A DNA stretch of 64,000 nt. It comes from Octopus sinensis. Its lineage: Eukaryota. The position numbers were made by a program, and so were the translations under genes. The stretch spans positions 62,124,001-62,188,000 of the forward strand of contig NC_043002.1 of the NCBI RefSeq assembly GCF_006345805.1, in the 5' to 3' direction. Of the stretch, positions 1 through 12,880 are shown in pieces; position 1 is the stretch's first letter; the number at the start of each line of letters is the position of its first letter. The notes beneath the pieces are model-generated. The model saw nothing but the letters and a program-made list of their open reading frames with translations, did not search any database and had not been told where the DNA came from.

Positions 1-1886
1 AGTAGAAAGGTAATTAGCGATCACATTTGAATACAAATTTCTAGGAAGAGAAAATAACTTTTAACTTTAAAATGATTATCATCCTCATGTATTTGATATT
101 TTCCATGGATTGAGTTTTTTCTTTATATATTCAAAGTGAAAATTATTCTATTTCCTTCACCGAAATCGAGGTATAGCATGACGTCACTCCTACCACTGTC
201 TTTTCACCTATGAAGAGGTTCTAAAAATTTTACTGGCTCCTATTAACCTATTAATTACTTTCCTGTCAATTTTTCCATGAAGTGGGACTCTATCTGCAAG
301 GTTAGAAATCCCCCCACCCCACTGCATGTTCACTGTACTCTTTTTATCGATTTTACCAAGACATTTACATTAGTTATGTTTCACAGCATTGCAAATAAGG
401 ATCATCTTTCTGCTTTTTAAACATTTATAAGAATTTGTAAGTTTGTTGATAACGTTGTCCACATAACAAATTAGGTGCCTCAATACTATGAAGATATTGT
501 AATTTCTTATAGCATTATTCTAATTTATTATATTCATGCAATGATACAAACGCTTCGCAGATGTTTCTTCCTTATATTGTGACTTCAAACTCGGCTAAGA
601 CCAATGTCTTTCATCTAGATAAATTAAGGTATCAGTCTAACACTACTTTTGATCTAATCGACTAACGCCTACTTTCATGATTGCTGGCATTGTGCCTAAA
701 TTCAAAACTATTATTTACGATTATATAATGATTATAACGCTTGTGCTCCTTAGTTCAAAGGAATCCCTCAGAATATTCCCTAAGTTTCGTAGCGAAAGAG
801 CTCCGAAATTTCAACTTTCAAATTTATTGCACCTGCTTTATGTGGTTTGGCGCTATCGTAATATCTTTTCATTTCAACTCATATCCTATGCTATGCTAAC
901 ATCTCTGTGCCAACAGCTATTGCAGGAATTTAGGTATTATTGGAAGTTGAGTTTGAAGAAATTTTAAGTCGAAACGTAAAATTTTCTCACGCGGGAAGCT
1001 ATTTAATTCCTGATGTTTTATAGTCAGTACTTTACTCATTATTTGAGATAAACTCAACATTCGTGTGTGTTCGGTATAAATTATATTGTCGTGTTCTGTT
1101 GCGAGTGACTGTTAAGTTATGTGAAGAGAATTCTTTCTATTTTTTCTGTTAATTTCTAACTCCTGCGTGAATTTAAGTACCGAAATATATAATAATGTGT
1201 TAATGTGTCCTTCAGATCGAGTAATTGTCTCGTATTTTGGAAATTATTATCTTTATGGTTAACATATTAAAGATACGGTGATAGTTTTACAACTTGGTTG
1301 CTAAGAATGATATTCCTATACTACTTATGTAAAAATTCATGATTTGAATCCAAGAGATGAAAATATTGAGAAAGTAGTGTCATGATGTGAATGTAACTTC
1401 TTATTCTTGGTTCTGCATAATAATTGATTTAGTGAAAAATTCGAAGCAAAATATCAGTATTTATGTTGGCTGTCGTAAAAGTAATTGAATCTAAAGCTCT
1501 GTATTGCTGGATTTACCAGTACATTACAGAAAACTGTATCAAGCTATTAAGAATAATACGGATGTTGAACTGAAAGCGATGGTAAAAGTAAGTATATCTT
1601 CTTAAGTCATTGGCATTCATCGTTCACATTGCAAGTTTTGGTATCTTATTAACTTTCTATCTTATTAACCTTATACAAAGACATTACACGAGTTAATTGT
1701 CTTCATAAGGTATTGTGCAAATGCTCTATTTCTTAACGAATCTCTCGAATAACCTTTGTAACTATTATTGCTTTGTACTTCTGTATACGCAGACACTTTC
1801 ATCACAGCTGCGTCATGAAAGATCACCAGATGAAACAAGTACCAGTTGAGCCCTGAGGGCGCTGTAGAATGAAGGTTTTTTATAGC

Positions 1887-2090
1887 CTATCCCTGTGAAG
1901 AAATTTTAGTGGGTTCAGTTTTGTATGACAAGTCACCACCTCTGACATCAACTATCCAAGAACTTCCGAATGATTTTTCATCATTCCTCGCAGCCAATTT
2001 TTCTGTCCTCATTTTCAGCCCCTTTTCTGTTGTCCCGAAGGCCCCAACAAAAATTGTTATTACTACTTTCATTGCAACCCGAAAATATGC
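1887..2090 (-). pseudogene. Degenerate Dong/R4-type LINE C-terminal (RLE) remnant
   Basis: Translation MKVVITIFVGAFGTTEKGL resembles the V.PI.VGALG motif also seen in the better-preserved copy at 37839-38078. Confidence 0.45.
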
Positions 2091-2499
2091 TTATCTCTCT
2101 CTCTCTCTAGGTCCTGCTACGCATGTGCCTTGTTGATTCCTTTAACATTTATTCTTCTATCAATTTGACAATCTACATCATGTGTGTAGGCAGTCACTTT
2201 CTTCATCTCAAACGCCCAAGTTATCTGCTTCGTTATACTTTATACCATGATTCGGTTGGACAGGACAGTCTCAAGGATGTTTAACCTCACCATTCTCAGT
2301 CACGTCTTTACGTACATCTTCATACCACATGTGTCCTGACGCAAGTTCACAATTCGTACGTGTTTCCACGGGGAAATGTGCAGGAAGTCAGCTTGCAAAG
2401 AGCTGTAAATAGTGGAGAGCCTGCATTGTTTCTTTGTCTAGAAGTTAGTGCCAGCAACAATTTTATTATTGGTATAAAGGCGGGATCAGTGGCGGTAGC

Positions 2500-2835
2500 C
2501 GCAACAGTAGCAGTAGCAATGGTAGTAGGGGTGGTGGTGGTGGTAGTAGTAGTGGGTGGTGGTGGTGGTAGTAGTAGAAGTAGTGGTGGTGGTGGTGGTG
2601 GTGGTGGTAGTAGTAGTGGGTGGTGGTGGTGGTAGTAGTAGTGGGTGGTAGTAGTAGTAGTTGTAGTGTAGGTGTGGGTGGTAGTAGTAGTGGTGGTGGT
2701 GGTGGTAGTAGTAGTAGAAATTGTGATAGTGGTAGTAGTAGTTGTAGAAATATTAGTGGTGGTGGTGGTAGTAGTAGAAGTAGTAGTGGTGGTGGTGTGG
2801 TGGTGTTAGCAGTAGTAGTAATAGAAGTGGTAGCA
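2500..2835. repeat. (GGT/AGT)n compound trinucleotide microsatellite
   Basis: Direct reading. Confidence 0.95.
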
Positions 2836-3529
2836 GCCGCAGCAGCAGGAGCAGTTGACTTGGCATATTCAGTACACGATAAAAATATTTCAGAAATTAA
2901 TGTAAATGTAAATGATTATACAATGGCTGCTGGGGGGTGGGACTGAGGGGAAATAAAATCAACAAAAAATAAGAAAAATTCAATGCATATGTGTATGTAT
3001 GTGTATATGTCTGTGAGTGAGAGCGTGTGTGTAATTGTGCCAGTGCGTATTATGTGTGAGTGTGCGTGTACGTGTACGTGTGCGTGCGTGTGTTTGGTCA
3101 ACTTCCTTTGTTTCGCCTATAGCCATGTTTCTCTTACCCGCCCTCTGCAAATTGTAGCAACTGATAGAAATCAACAATTTATTTTGTTTGTTTTATTTTA
3201 TTTTAACATTTATTTTATTTATTTACTTATTTACATGTTCGTTGCTTCACATTTCTATGGAATCATTTAAAATGTCAGATTAAGGGAAACACAACAAAAC
3301 ATATACAATAAGAAATAATCTAAAATTTAACAAAAAAAACAAACAATATAAACGAGTATGTAAATATAGGAAAGATAACAATTTAAAACATTAAAATAAC
3401 GAATAAAGCACATTTAAGCGAAAATACAAAACGAAACGGATATTAAAGAAAATAAAGATGGAGAATGTAAAACGCGTGAATAGCTTCTGGTGAGTAAATA
3501 CGAAAAATCATCGTTATTATCAGCAGAGA

Positions 3530-3756
3530 CAGCAACAATGTTGTCATCTTCATCAGTGTCATAGTCGTCGCCGTCGTCATCGGCTTTATCATCCTTGTCA
3601 TCACCATTGTCATCGTTGTCGTCTTCATCTATCAACGTTATCGCAACAATCGTCATGCCCGTTGCCGTTGCTGTTGTCATCGCTAACATAGTTGTTCTCG
3701 TCTTCGACGGCGTCATCATGATCATGATTCAGATTGTTATCATCGTTATAATCATT

Positions 3757-3793
<37 letters not shown>

Positions 3794-4088
3794 CCATCAT
3801 CATCGTCCTCATCATTGTCATTATCATCATCGTCGTCGTCGTCATCATCATCATCGCCCCCATCGTCATCACCATCTTCGCCATTATCCTTGTCATAACC
3901 ACCATCATCATCAGCAGCAGCATCATCTTCATTATCATCATCATCATCATTATCGACATCATCATCATCAACATCGGCCTCATCATCGCCATCATCCTCA
4001 TCGTCATCACCATCGTCATCATCATCGCCATCATCATCATCGTCATTATCATTATAATCAACATTATGCCAATAAGCATCATCATCAC

Positions 4089-4139
<51 letters not shown>

Positions 4140-4385
4140 TATCATCATCATCACCGTCATCCTCTTCAGTAGCTTCATTTCTAATCATCATTGTTACCTT
4201 GCTCGTGATCATCATCACCGTCATTATGTATACTCTTCACGACGACGGCCACGATAATTATGACGACAAGGTCGATGATAATGTTGGCGAAGACGATGGT
4301 GATAATTATGATGAAGACGACGACGGCAGCAATTACAATGATGTCGGCTGTTTTTATAATTAAACAGGCAACCATGATACGACGA
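3530..4385. repeat. Long degenerate (CAT/CGT)n trinucleotide tract
   Basis: Direct reading; produces the poly-I, poly-D and poly-M ORFs. Confidence 0.95.
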
Positions 4386-4414
4386 TGTCGACTCTGATAT
4401 TAAGATCTACTACG

Positions 4415-4605
4415 CGCAAAATCGTTTGTGCGCCGAACAAAATGCTTAGCAGCATGTCCTCCATCGTTACGTTTGATTTCTAAATCCACCGAGGTCGATT
4501 TTACCTCCGATTCCTTCGATTCGTTAAAATACGTAGCAATTAAGCACTTGGGTCAACGTAATCGACTTGCCTTCTTCGGCTAAGATTTGGGCCTTGGAAA
4601 TTAAC
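4415..4605 (+). mobile_element. tRNA-derived SINE family B, degenerate
   Basis: aatcgtt..aaatgcttagc..gaggtcgattttacct..aatcgacttgcc..ggccttg matches the other family B copies. Confidence 0.6.
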
Positions 4606-5071
4606 TGAGCATTGGTGATTTACATTCATAACTGTTCCAATGCCATTATGAACATCTATGGGCCACACAGATATCTTCAATTTGTACCGCACAAGTATGA
4701 AATAGCAAACGATTTTACTTGTCCAAATCATAATCTCACAACACAAATAAGGAGGCTTTGTATGATAATGTATTAAGTATACAACAAGATTTACCTAGGG
4801 CTCGAAAGCTATTGAAAGTGAAAGAATTTTTTATGATGATGATGATCATCTTCGACACGTATGAAGTATCGTACAGATATTTGTAGCCCTTTATCTGGAA
4901 TTGATGTTTAAACGCTGACTAATTTGACATCGGACTTTTAGATGTTTCTCTTGCTTTCTTACGTCTCTGTCTATTTCTCCCTTTCACTCTCTCTCTCTCT
5001 GTGAGGGAAGTGGAAGTATATATAATATTCCAGTTCATTTATTAAATTGTAATATTTCTCTGCTCTTATAA

Positions 5072-5272
5072 CGCAGAGATCTGACGCCGGGCAAAACACT
5101 TAACGGCATTTCGTCTGTCTGTACCTTCTGATTTCAAGTTCCACCGAAGTCGTGTTTGCTTTTCATCCTTTCGGAGTCGATAAAATAAACACCCGTTCAG
5201 CACTAATTTCAAAATAGTTGATTCTAGCAACCATGCCTCGACATTACTGGCCTTGTGCCAAACTTTTAAACC
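5072..5272 (+). mobile_element. tRNA-derived SINE family B
   Basis: acgccgggcaaaacacttaacggcatttcgtc..tttgcttttcatcctttcggagtcgataaaat..ggccttgtgcc. Confidence 0.8.
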
Positions 5273-6077
5273 AAACTCTCGCTCTTTCTCTCTCTCGTCC
5301 TTTTCCTCTCTCTCTGTTTCTTTCGTTCACTTATTCTTATGTTTGCGTATGTTAGTGTGTGTATGTGTACGTGTGAGTGTGTGTGGGAGAGAGAGATAGG
5401 GGAGACGGAGATAGAGAATTTGTGTATCTATGTATTTGCATCCTGCGCCGATAAATACCGTCGCTAAATCAGCTTGATTGTACATCCAGCCGGTTCAGAT
5501 CGTCAGCGTCGTAACAGCTGCGCCCACTCGTCTTGTTGTGATCTTTGAGATTTCTAGAACAATGCTTTTATGAGACGTTTTGAGACTAAACGCCACTAAC
5601 AAAAATTATATCAGCAACAACACCACCAACAGCCAACACCAAAATACTGCGCAAACTACTACAACAATAACAATAAAGAAAGCTACTGATACTAGAGCAA
5701 TGAAAAAGGCGACAGCTACAAAAAACAAACAGAAAACAAATACGTTCGACAGTGACAGCAACAACGAGAAATAACATAAGAAATCAACAAAAGAAACGAC
5801 GGGAAAATAGTAACAAGAAGAACTAGCAGAACATTGGAATTCACCAGCATCTCTTTCTGCAGCACCGATACCATATTGTTCATAATAATAGTCATCCGCT
5901 TGAAGACAATTATTATCACAATTAGCATCAGCTGAAGAAGACATCTCGAAGCATTCTTGCGAATTCTTAACTGTCAAAATATTAAAAGGTTCCAATTTTC
6001 GTATCGAGTGTTATTTTTACATTTCAGCACTTGAAAATTAAATTCCATTATAGGTGAGAAATAAACAGAAGTCAGGA

Positions 6078-6117
<40 letters not shown>

Positions 6118-6180
6118 AATGATACACGCACACACATATATATAGATACATCTATGTGAGTGGTGGATATGTAAGTATTA

Positions 6181-6219
<39 letters not shown>

Positions 6220-6698
6220 CCTGTATGTCAGCGTGTATATAGAGGAGGCGAGAAAGAAAAAGACAAAGAAACAGTTAAAGGACAAGAAATAAGAAAAATA
6301 AGAGAGAATTCATCCCAATGTACTTTTATTGAACCGTAAATAGACATAAGCCCATTATTACTTTATGAGCCATAATCTTCCAAAGCCATACGCACACGCA
6401 TAGAAACGACAAAATCTAGTCAACAAGACAGCAATTCCATTCATTGAAATCTTACGCAAGAACGGAAATCGCTAAAATTTCCTCAATGTAAATCAATAAC
6501 CTTTGCACCAATGTCAAGGAAATTTTAACCATGAATATAATATTGGATAACGGGATCCGTTTATGAGAGCATAGGCTTGACTAAAATATAGGCACGGGAG
6601 TGATAAAATGGTTTGTTGATTGAACCTGGAATGGGCTAATCACGTATGGAACCGTAGAATCTTAAAATCATTGCAATGTATTTGTAATATCAATTAAG

Positions 6699-6729
<31 letters not shown>

Positions 6730-6748
<19 letters not shown>

Positions 6749-6958
6749 TTGTGTGTCTATGCTTGTCCCCATAACATCGCTTCACTACCGATGTTCGGTG
6801 ACTTTACGTCCCTGTAACTTATCGGCTCGGCAAAAAGAGCCCAATATAATAAGTACTAAGCTTATAAAGAATAAGTCCTGGGGTCGATTTGTTCGACTAA
6901 AGGCCGTGCTCCAGTATGGTCGCAGTCAAATGACTGAAACAAGTAAAAGACTACACAA
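6730..6958 (+). mobile_element. SINE family A, 3' half following (TA)n
   Basis: catcgcttcactaccgatg..aataagtactaagcttataaagaataagtcctggggtcgattt..ccagtatggtcgcagtcaaatgactgaaacaagtaaaag. Confidence 0.85.
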
Positions 6959-7170
6959 TGAATATATATATATATATATTTATTAGGGGGAAAAGGACCA
7001 GAAAACAATGACGGAACGAATATCTCAAGTCACTTAGAATGTTGAATTAGAGGAGGTTGAATTCATGGTAGTTCAGTAATTAATTAGTTAATTAATTAAT
7101 TATTGGATGCCTTACAGCTGTTTCTAGGATATTCCAAGTAACATGTTGGCATTTCCATTTACTGGGCATT

Positions 7171-7378
7171 CCTTTTCTACTCTAGGCACAAGGTTCGAAA
7201 GTTTTGGGGAGGCGGCCAGTCGATTAGATCAACCCCAGTATGTAACTGGTGCTTAATTTATCGATCCCGATGGGATGAAAAGCAAAGTCAACCTCAGCGG
7301 AATTTGAAATCAGAACATGAAGACAGAAGAAATACGGCTAAGCATTTTGCCCGGCGTGCTAATGTTTCTGCCAACTCA
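7171..7378 (-). mobile_element. SINE family B
   Basis: Reverse complement of the family B head, core and tail. Confidence 0.85.
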
Positions 7379-7771
7379 TTCATTAGGTATTCCGTCATCA
7401 GAGACATGGTATGTATGAATGTTCTAGACAGAAAATTCACAATTTATAAAAGAATAAAATAGCAGATAGAAGGTATTTGTCTTGCCATGGTTTTTCTTAT
7501 CCTTTTCCTTCTCATATATACCTACTAACTCGAAATCCTATTACAGATATCTGGCTCCGGGCTCAGCTTTGAACTTCGAACCTAACGACTAACCAATTAT
7601 GGCATATACACAACGTACCTCTTTGTTTAGATCACCAGTGATCTAAACCCTCATATTCTCTCTCTCTCTCCCTCTCTCTCTCGCTCTCTCTCTCTCTCTA
7701 TGTATGTATATATATATATAGATATATTATATATATATATATGATTACTGTCGTGTGACTTTTGGCCAAAA

Positions 7772-7808
<37 letters not shown>

Positions 7809-7811
<3 letters not shown>

Positions 7812-8034
7812 TTTTGGCCAAAAGTCACACGACAGTAAATCAAAATTCATAAGTAATATACAGATTTATTTATTTATTCTAATTATAAATATTTACAAGA
7901 AGTACTTCAGCTTGAACAATTTTCATGATGTTTCATATTTCGATGCTTTCTTTAAATTCATTCTAGTTGTTAAACAGAAATAAATCTTGGATTTAGATTG
8001 CTTTGATTTACTGACAGTTCACTTTGGGCCAAGC

Positions 8035-8037
<3 letters not shown>
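7809..8037. mobile_element. Tc1/mariner-like MITE (~229 bp)
   Basis: Imperfect TIRs cacttttggccaaaagtcacacgacagtaaatcaaa / tttgatttactgacagttcactttgggccaagcctg, with TA on both flanks. Confidence 0.65.
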
Positions 8038-8079
<42 letters not shown>

Positions 8080-8083
<4 letters not shown>

Positions 8084-8303
8084 CTCACAAGGGACTAAAC
8101 TTAGAGGGGACAAACAAGGACAGACAAACGGATTTCGTCGATTACATGGACACCAGTGAGTAACTGGTACTTAATTTATTGACCCCGAAATGATGAAAGG
8201 CAAAGTCGACCTCGACGGAATCTGAACTCAGAACGTAACGGCAGACGATATACCGCTAAGCATTTCACCTGGCGTGCTAACGTTTCTGCCAGCTCACCGC
8301 CTT
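8080..8303 (-). mobile_element. SINE family B (alternative 3' tail variant)
   Basis: Core aaggcaaagtcgacctcgacggaatctgaactcagaacg; tail ggacagacaaacggatt..agagggacaaacaagg. Confidence 0.85.
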
Positions 8304-8313
8304 CATCACACAC

Positions 8314-8361
<48 letters not shown>

Positions 8362-8366
<5 letters not shown>

Positions 8367-8860
8367 ACTGTAGTTGTGTGAGTGTCTGTCCCCTTCGATT
8401 TAGATTCCTAACTACTCCCACATTTTGCGGTGCAGTTTAACCAAATTCGGGTATCTTATAGTCCGTGATACATATCGAGCGTCTGAGTATTAGCGCGCGT
8501 CTACGATGAGTCTCGATTTGAAAAATAATTTAACATCATTTTTTATTCATTTTAATGCATAATTTTTCGTGTGTCGATGGCGGCAGAGTTGGCGTCCATG
8601 GTCACACCTGCACCTGTTTGCTCTTCCCCTTCTTCCCTCCCTCGTGAAGCTGTTGGGAAGGAGTGTAAGGAAATCAACGTCGTAAAGCGTTGTCAAGGAG
8701 ACCAGCGTTCTTTTAGAACAACGACTTCATGGCTTCAAGACACCAAAACAGAAATGGCTAAGAAAGGCCGAATTGGCATCTATAAGGGAAGTAACTCTCT
8801 AAAAATGCTTATATAGTTATTTCCCTTACAAACCCGAGCAACGCCGGGCGATACTGCTAG
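8362..8860 (+). mobile_element. Non-autonomous Helitron-like element
   Basis: 3' GC hairpin cccgagcaacgccggg (8833-8848) followed by CTAG (8857-8860) then T; no TIR or TSD; same terminus type at 57559-57586. Confidence 0.65.
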
Positions 8861-8875
8861 TATATATATATGTAT

Positions 8876-8919
<44 letters not shown>

Positions 8920-8988
8920 CATTACATACATACATACATATGTATATATATATATATATAATATTATATATATAGTGTGTGTGTGTGT

Positions 8989-9044
8989 GGTGCCCCAGCA
9001 TGGGCGCGGCCTTCGGGCTAAAATATTTTTAAGGATTTGAGGAT
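8989..9044 (+). mobile_element. CR1-like LINE extreme 3' tail only
   Basis: ggtgccccagcatgggcgcggccttcgggctaaaatatttttaaggatttgaggat matches the 3' end of the LINE at 60403-60460 (minus). Confidence 0.75.
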
Positions 9045-9271
9045 TACATACATACATACATATATACATATATATATGGATAAATATATATGGTAATGTA
9101 GATGAAGGGAATCAAGTTATTAAATGTTATATATTTTAGTTTTCCTCGTTCTTCTGTACAATTATTTCTTATTAGTAATCCAAACTTCAACTGCAAAATG
9201 CTTTAAAGTCTGTATTTCTCTCCTGCTCTGTCTCAGACTCAGTTAATTAATAATATTATCGTTTATGAAAT

Positions 9272-9462
9272 GGTGGTGGAGGAGCAGGCAGGCTCGTTAG
9301 CACGAAAGGCAAATAGCTCAGTAGTATTTATGTTATGAGATCAAATTGCGCGAAGGTCGACTTTTCTTTTCATCCTTTCGGGACCACTCGAGCACTTGCA
9401 CCGATGTAAGCGACTTAACCCTCACTTAAAATTTGTGGACCTGTGCCAAAATTTGAAACTGA
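9272..9462 (+). mobile_element. SINE family B, degenerate
   Basis: ctcgttagcacg..ggtcgacttttcttttcatcctttcggg..gcgacttaacc. Confidence 0.6.
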
Positions 9463-11207
9463 TATTACTACTCGTGTGCCTGCTTTTTTTCCTGCCAGTT
9501 CACCTCTATTTTCACTGTACATTAGTAATAACAATAAATTTACAACTAATAAAGTTACCAAAATGAGATTACGCACTTATAAAGTAGGAATAATTTAAAG
9601 GCATAAAATGATTAATACGTAAATATGATGACAATGACAATACTGATGAGGTTCATGACGAGACCTTATTTGATATGTTCATGAGGGCTGATTGTATGTA
9701 TTTTTAGTGCTATTAAACACGCAGTACCATCTTTATTGAGTAAAGGAAGCAAAAGTGATAAACCCATAATTTATCACATAATGTTCATTATACGGGACCA
9801 ATCTGATTAGAATCAAATTTTGTGAAGTTAGTGTTCGAATACCTTTAACCATTTCCCATCCATGGAGAATAGAAGTTTCTAGTTCTTTATAGAAAGTGCT
9901 GAAAGTCTAATATAGGTAATATGACTAATGTGCATGAATGCGTTTCAACGATGGTAAGGTGCACTCACATTTAATCATATGCATGGAAAGTGACTTCTCT
10001 AAAAGAAGACACTTTTAGCACGGAGCTAAATCTCCCAATTTGTAAAGTAAAGTTATTAAACAAAAAATATTTTTTTCGCATAAGCAGAAAAACGCCTTTG
10101 TAATAAATGTCATGCTTTGCTAAACATTCATTACAAACCAATTACTCATGTTCTCTACTCGCAGAGAATTGCCCTTTATAACAAGTTTTGGCGTACAAAT
10201 ATTATAACAATCAAACTTCTATGTTAAAATTTAAATTGTTTTGTGTACACTACAACCAACATTATTCAAATATTATACATCGCAGTGGTTATTAATTGAA
10301 AAATGACAAATTTAGCCCTGCTTGAAATTGTATATCATTGAATAGTATAAACCACACTCTTTCTCGTAGACGTAAACTGGATAAGCAATTTCTAATGAAA
10401 ATATAACAAACTCCAGCCATGCAGGATTAATGAATTTTCTTCTTTCTAACTATAGAAAAAAAGGAGAATGTACTTCTTTATTTTTCAAAGTTAAGTTAAA
10501 ATTAAGAGTTCAAGGAAAGATGTTTCTTAAAATTCAAAATTGAGTAAACACACTAGATTGTTTGATAGGATGTTTTTCTCATTATAAAAATATATATTAT
10601 CCGCTGTTGTTTATATTTTTATTTCACTTGTAGTTAGTTATATTGATTTGGGTGATTTAAGCTTCATTGCTATGAATAAGGGAAATGTTCCTAATTAAAT
10701 CGTAATTTGGTGCAGATAACAGATAGAATTAAAACCATGATTGCAAGTTGATGAAAATTAGGTGTCACTTACAATGGAGATTCTCTTTACTTTGGTTTAC
10801 TGCATGTCTGAATAATGTATCCTTGTACACCTTGATTGACCATAGCCATTATTGACCTTGATTGAATGACCATGATTGATGCATAGGTGATATGAAATTT
10901 TCTAAACCATTGGTAAGTAACAAAGTAACATGCTGTATTGAAAGCAACATTTAAATACATATAAAATGGAAATGAGTTTTGTCAGACGGTCAAGATAAAA
11001 ATACGGCTGGTGACAGTGCACCACCATAACAATATGCTATGTTTTTCACTTTAGCTCTTGTTGGATTTGAGGCAAAAAAATATTTCAGGTTTTCCTAATT
11101 AGATTTATTTCAAACCAAATGATAGTACAAAAGAAAAATACTCACGCATTGTAAAACGTAGATGATTTTTAGTTTCACTCTTTCTCTTTCTCTGTTTTTC
11201 AGTATTT

Positions 11208-11260
<53 letters not shown>

Positions 11261-11410
11261 AATTAAGGACTGAACACGAAAAGTGGACAGTCAACATGCT
11301 AGATATAGACGTCAAATCGCCATTCTCCACCCAAAAGATTATGTTCTCAAATCAAACTCAGCACAAAACCAAAGCAATAAACAAGTGAAAATATACGAAA
11401 TAAAATAATT

Positions 11411-11477
11411 ACCCATGTACCGATCAGTTTCGGTTATTATTATCCGCAAGGATAACTGTAACATTCATCAGCATGGT
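11411..11477 (-). ncRNA. Type I hammerhead ribozyme motif, unit 1
   Basis: Minus strand ACCAUG-CUGAUGA-AUGUUA CAG UUAUCC UUGC GGAUAA UAA UAACC-GAAAC-UGAUCG-GUA-CAUGG; stems I, II and III all pair; predicted cut between 11418 and 11417. Confidence 0.75.
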
Positions 11478-11911
11478 CCGTTATGAATGCAATTTGCTGG
11501 ACTAGATGCAAAAACGATACCGGAGTATCGCGTGCATGGAGTTCAACCTATTACATTCGAATGTATCTTTCAAATGCCTTTACTTGGCGCGTTGAGACCC
11601 GAAAAAACCAGCCTGCAGCTATAATTAGCAGCAGTCAATTTATCGGTTAGAGAACATATTTATTTATATAAAATTATTAAGGGTAGAAATTGATATTTGT
11701 CAATTAAAACCAGTGGTCTAGCATATTAAAAAAGAATCCGAAGATTAAAAAATTTATATATACCATTAAGGACTGAACGCGAAAAGTGGACAGTCAACAT
11801 GCTAGATATAGACGTCAAATCGCCATTCTCCACAAAAGATTATGTTCTCAAATCAAACTCAGCACAAAACCAAAGCAATAAACAAGTGAAAATATACGAA
11901 ATAAAATAATT

Positions 11912-11978
11912 ACCCATGTACCGATCAGTTTCGGTTATTATTATCCGCAAGGATAACTGTAACATTCATCAGCATGGT
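11912..11978 (-). ncRNA. Type I hammerhead ribozyme motif, unit 2
   Basis: Identical sequence to unit 1; predicted cut between 11919 and 11918. Confidence 0.75.
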
Positions 11979-12398
11979 CCGTTATGAATGCAATTTGCTG
12001 GACTAGATGCAAAAACGATACCGGAGTATCGCGTGCATGGAGTTCAACCTATTACATTCGAATGTATCTTTCAAATGCCTTTACTTTGGCGCGTTGAGAC
12101 CCGAAAAAACCAGCCTGCAGCTAATAATTAGCAGCAGTCAATTTATCGGTTAGAGAACATATTTATTTATAGAAAATTAATTAAGGGTAGAAATTGATAT
12201 TTGTCAATTAAAACCAGTGGTCTAGCATATTAAAAAAGAATCCGAAGATTAAAATATTTATATATACCAATTAAGGACTGAACGCGAAAAGTGGACAGTC
12301 AACATGCTAGATATAGACGTCAAATCGCCATTCTCCAAAAAAGATTATGTTCTCAAATCAAACTCAGCACAAACCAAGCAATATATATACACCACACA

Positions 12399-12469
<71 letters not shown>

Positions 12470-12470
12470 C

Positions 12471-12503
<33 letters not shown>

Positions 12504-12546
12504 TATATATAAGTGTACATTTAAACACAAGAGAAACTACATTTAA

Positions 12547-12880
12547 CAGGTAATTTTACACGCTAGAACAATCAGTCAGTTCAGCATTTTTCATTTACTG
12601 CCGACTTTAACTGCGCTTCCGCAGTGAATTTGAAAAAATTATAAAATAGAATGATTAGACACGTCTTATTTATTTCAAAATTATATGTTAATGTTATGGC
12701 GCGGTTACTCATGAGAATTTCTCCTAGCAAATTAGTTTATTTGCTAAAAAGAATTGAAACCTAGTTATAACCGTAAAAAAATAACATGGTAAAAGTTTTT
12801 ATTTTCTATTCCCTTCGAAATTACATTTAAATGTGGTTTTGGGCGATTTGACTGCTTCTTGTAGCGTGTAAAATTACATG
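12547..12880. mobile_element. piggyBac-like MITE (~334 bp) with TTAA flanks
   Basis: TTAA(12543-46)-caggtaattttacacgctagaacaatcagtca ... tgactgcttcttgtagcgtgtaaaattacatg-TTAA(12881-84). Confidence 0.65.

Larger units (their letters stand above)
11259..12381 (-). repeat. Tandem array of ~504-bp hammerhead-containing units (2 full + ~115-bp partial)
   Basis: Units start at cc(a)attaaggactgaac at 11259, 11763 and 12267; nearly identical; flanked by (TA)n and (CA)n. Confidence 0.95.

Noticed and set aside
3595-4375. Long poly-I, poly-D and poly-M ORFs (up to 220 aa)
   Set aside because: All frames are open only because the DNA is a (CAT)n repeat; no coding evidence.
5606-5995. 129-aa ORF with a Cys/Tyr-rich N-terminus and hydrophobic tail
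   Set aside because: The tail is a decayed (GTT)n repeat, an overlapping frame is also open, and no family was recognised.
7108-7142. GAAAC-AGCU-GUA half hammerhead (minus)
   Set aside because: The CUGANGA strand is absent; at best a truncated remnant next to a SINE.
9644-9675. CTGATGAG as a hammerhead
   Set aside because: No GAAA, no stem III and no stem I; it lies in GAT-rich low-complexity sequence.
11259-12381. CRISPR-like or centromeric satellite interpretation of the tandem array
   Set aside because: No short repeat-spacer structure, eukaryotic context, and only about 2.2 units.
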